Assembly (NCBI GenBank): GCA_963745035.1
Contig: CAVUVW010000005.1
Coordinates: 128,001 to 192,000, forward strand
Reading direction: 5' to 3'
DNA from: an uncultured delta proteobacterium
GTDB taxonomy: Bacteria; Desulfobacterota; Binatia; UBA9968
Length of the DNA stretch: 64,000 nucleotides
The notes under the pieces are model-generated. The model did no database searches and had not been told where the DNA came from. It was given only the letters and a program-made list of their open reading frames with translations. The position numbers were made by a program, and so were the translations under genes. Positions 63,215 to 64,000 of the stretch are shown here, piece after piece (the stretch's first letter is position 1; each line of letters opens with the position of its first letter).

Positions 63215-63586
63215 CTCACCTGCTCTCATCGCGGCGCCGCCCGCGATTCCTCCGCCCGCCAAACTATCCCGAAATCCGCAGTTGAAATGATATGCCCCGC
63301 GGGGCGCAATCCTCCCGGTTATTTCCAGTTATAAAGACAATACTTTCTGTATCTGGGCGGATGCGATCGCCTGCAATCCGGGAATCATTTGCCCCATGGC
63401 GACGGGTTGACCCCATGGGCGAAAAGACTTGCGGCGCCCTGGCTCCTCACCGCCGAAGATCCGCGGTGAAGGATATTGCCCTCGTTTTTGAAGCTGAATT
63501 TACAGATAACAGTGTCTTCTAATTCATTCGAATCGATTCGTCGCCGCGCTGCGATTCAGTTGAGGAGCCAGCGGTTTTCCTGGAAA

Positions 63587-63602
63587 TGGCACAGTTGCTG
63601 CT
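63587..63602 (+). promoter_or_regulatory. Weak sigma-54 promoter candidate
   Basis: TGGCAC-AGTTG-CTGCT (GG-N10-GC). The downstream gene was not identified. Confidence 0.3.
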
Positions 63603-64000
63603 CCTGTAAAAAAGTCCGGAGGAGAACATCTACGATCATGCGCCGAATTGTTTTTACGCAGGACCCGGGTGGCGCTGGCGAGCGCGACCGGCGATCGACA
63701 GTAGGAATGTTTTTAATTCTTATTGGAGTGCGAGGCGCAAGCTCGCGCTCGACTTAATGATTTAGCTTTGCTCATTACGGCTTCGCGAACCGTTTCGCCC
63801 CAGAATTTCACGGAGGATAAAAAAGGCAAGGAAACCAAGAAAACCTGCGGCGGTTAAAAAGTACGCAAGGCCACAAGGAAGCAGCCCCCCTACCAAGACC
63901 AGCAAATCCGGTAAACCGAAGGTGATATGATGCGATATAACTTCTTCATATTGTTCGTCTCATTTCTGGGGCGGGACGGCGACATTTTCGCGACTTTGGA

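Noticed and set aside
63866-63886. AAGGCCACAAGGAAGCAGC resembling SRP RNA helix 8
   Set aside because: It lacks the GNRA tetraloop and a flanking long helix.

Overview
GC-rich bacterial chromosomal segment with about 55 genes. I found no rRNA, tRNA, CRISPR array, transposase or phage genes. The content is mostly accessory catabolism and uptake: a Rieske oxygenase, two 4,5-dihydroxyphthalate-decarboxylase-like proteins, amidohydrolases, alpha/beta hydrolases, VOC proteins, a CoA-transferase, two tandem TPP enzymes, a MetE-like protein, two heme-oxygenase-like (PqqC/CADD/TenA) proteins, several orphan ABC substrate-binding proteins and three tandem TAXI-TRAP receptors. Stress and housekeeping genes include gor, a Fur/PerR regulator with an Fe-S oxidoreductase, an ECF sigma/anti-sigma pair, rlmD and a glutaminase. 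This profile resembles soil Ca. Binatia (Binatota) genomes, which is my inference and is not verified. About 20 genes carry single-base frameshifts, densest at 36-59 kb, and these are most likely long-read errors. The most unusual signals are: (1) dispersed intergenic microsatellite and REP families, including six arrays of a 9-bp CGTTCAANN unit and five arrays of a 7-bp ARACYCG unit, plus a 121-bp MITE-like element; (2) a membrane-anchored ~1040-aa coiled-coil rod built from 78/71-aa repeats, next to a small PC4-like protein; (3) a sigma-54 promoter with an adjacent palindrome upstream of a CADD/PqqC-like diiron gene, which lies tail-to-tail with a PerR-RFO unit lacking rubrerythrin; (4) a signal-peptide-less SsuA/THI5-fold protein directly upstream of a B12-type radical SAM gene.
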